The position numbers were made by a program, and so were the translations under genes. Below, piece by piece: positions 63,691 to 64,000 of a stretch of DNA of 64,000 bases. The notes beneath the pieces are model-generated. The model was not told the origin of the DNA. It did no database searches and worked only from the letters and a program-made list of their open reading frames with translations. This DNA comes from Nemertoderma westbladi. Lineage: Eukaryota; Animalia; Xenacoelomorpha. The stretch lies in the NCBI GenBank assembly GCA_032718475.1, contig JAUCBJ010007887.1, forward strand, positions 1-64,000, in the 5' to 3' direction. Each line of letters opens with the position of its first letter. Positions within the stretch are counted from its first letter, which is position 1.

Positions 63691-64000
63691 TACTTAACTC
63701 TGGAAACTTTCAAACACTCTGTAAAAAGATAATTTTTGTCAATGGCAGCTGAAAATGAAAATAATGACTACATTTTTATTTAAAATTCAATAAGAGATAG
63801 ATATTACTCAATGGCCGCTGAAAATGAAAATCTATATTATTATTTAAAACTCAATAATCAAAAGTAAATATAGATATAGATAGAATAATAAAAATAATAC
63901 GGTATTTTAAAGTGGAATTTGTTCTGTTATATTAGGTGTAATATGTATTTTTGTGTACTAAGCATTTTTTATTATATGGGTAATAATCTATACGGTAATT

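Overview
Metazoan, repeat-dense genomic DNA: a nest of BEL/Pao LTR retrotransposons plus LINE, SINE, MITE and minisatellite debris. The only host coding sequence recognised is one calcium-binding EGF exon (60431-60580, +). Element boundaries read from TG..CA ends and target-site duplications: E (6568-16387, +, plain gag-pol, TSD TCCTC), which carries a 9-bp-TSD long-TIR element (7083-10475) holding a Penelope-type RT; solo LTRs at 3197-4310 and 27393-29211; a large minus-strand element C (internal region 30306-45684) whose 5' LTR is split by a younger, internally deleted relative D (46050-58119, TSD GTGCA); and degraded relatives A (1-~2336), B1 (~18043-20830) and B2 (~21990-26765). Main discovery candidate: three divergent families (B1, B2, C/D) carry, in the env position upstream of the PPT, a homologous sense-strand extra ORF that is not env. 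It shows motifs of a DEDDy (WRN/EXD1/Egalitarian-like) 3'-5' exonuclease followed by a triple Cys/His zinc-knuckle module. These elements also share unusual cis features: a second PPT-like tract after pol, a hairpin abutting the true PPT, and in C/D hairpins where a tRNA PBS is expected. All protein assignments are by-eye motif recognition; no searches were run.
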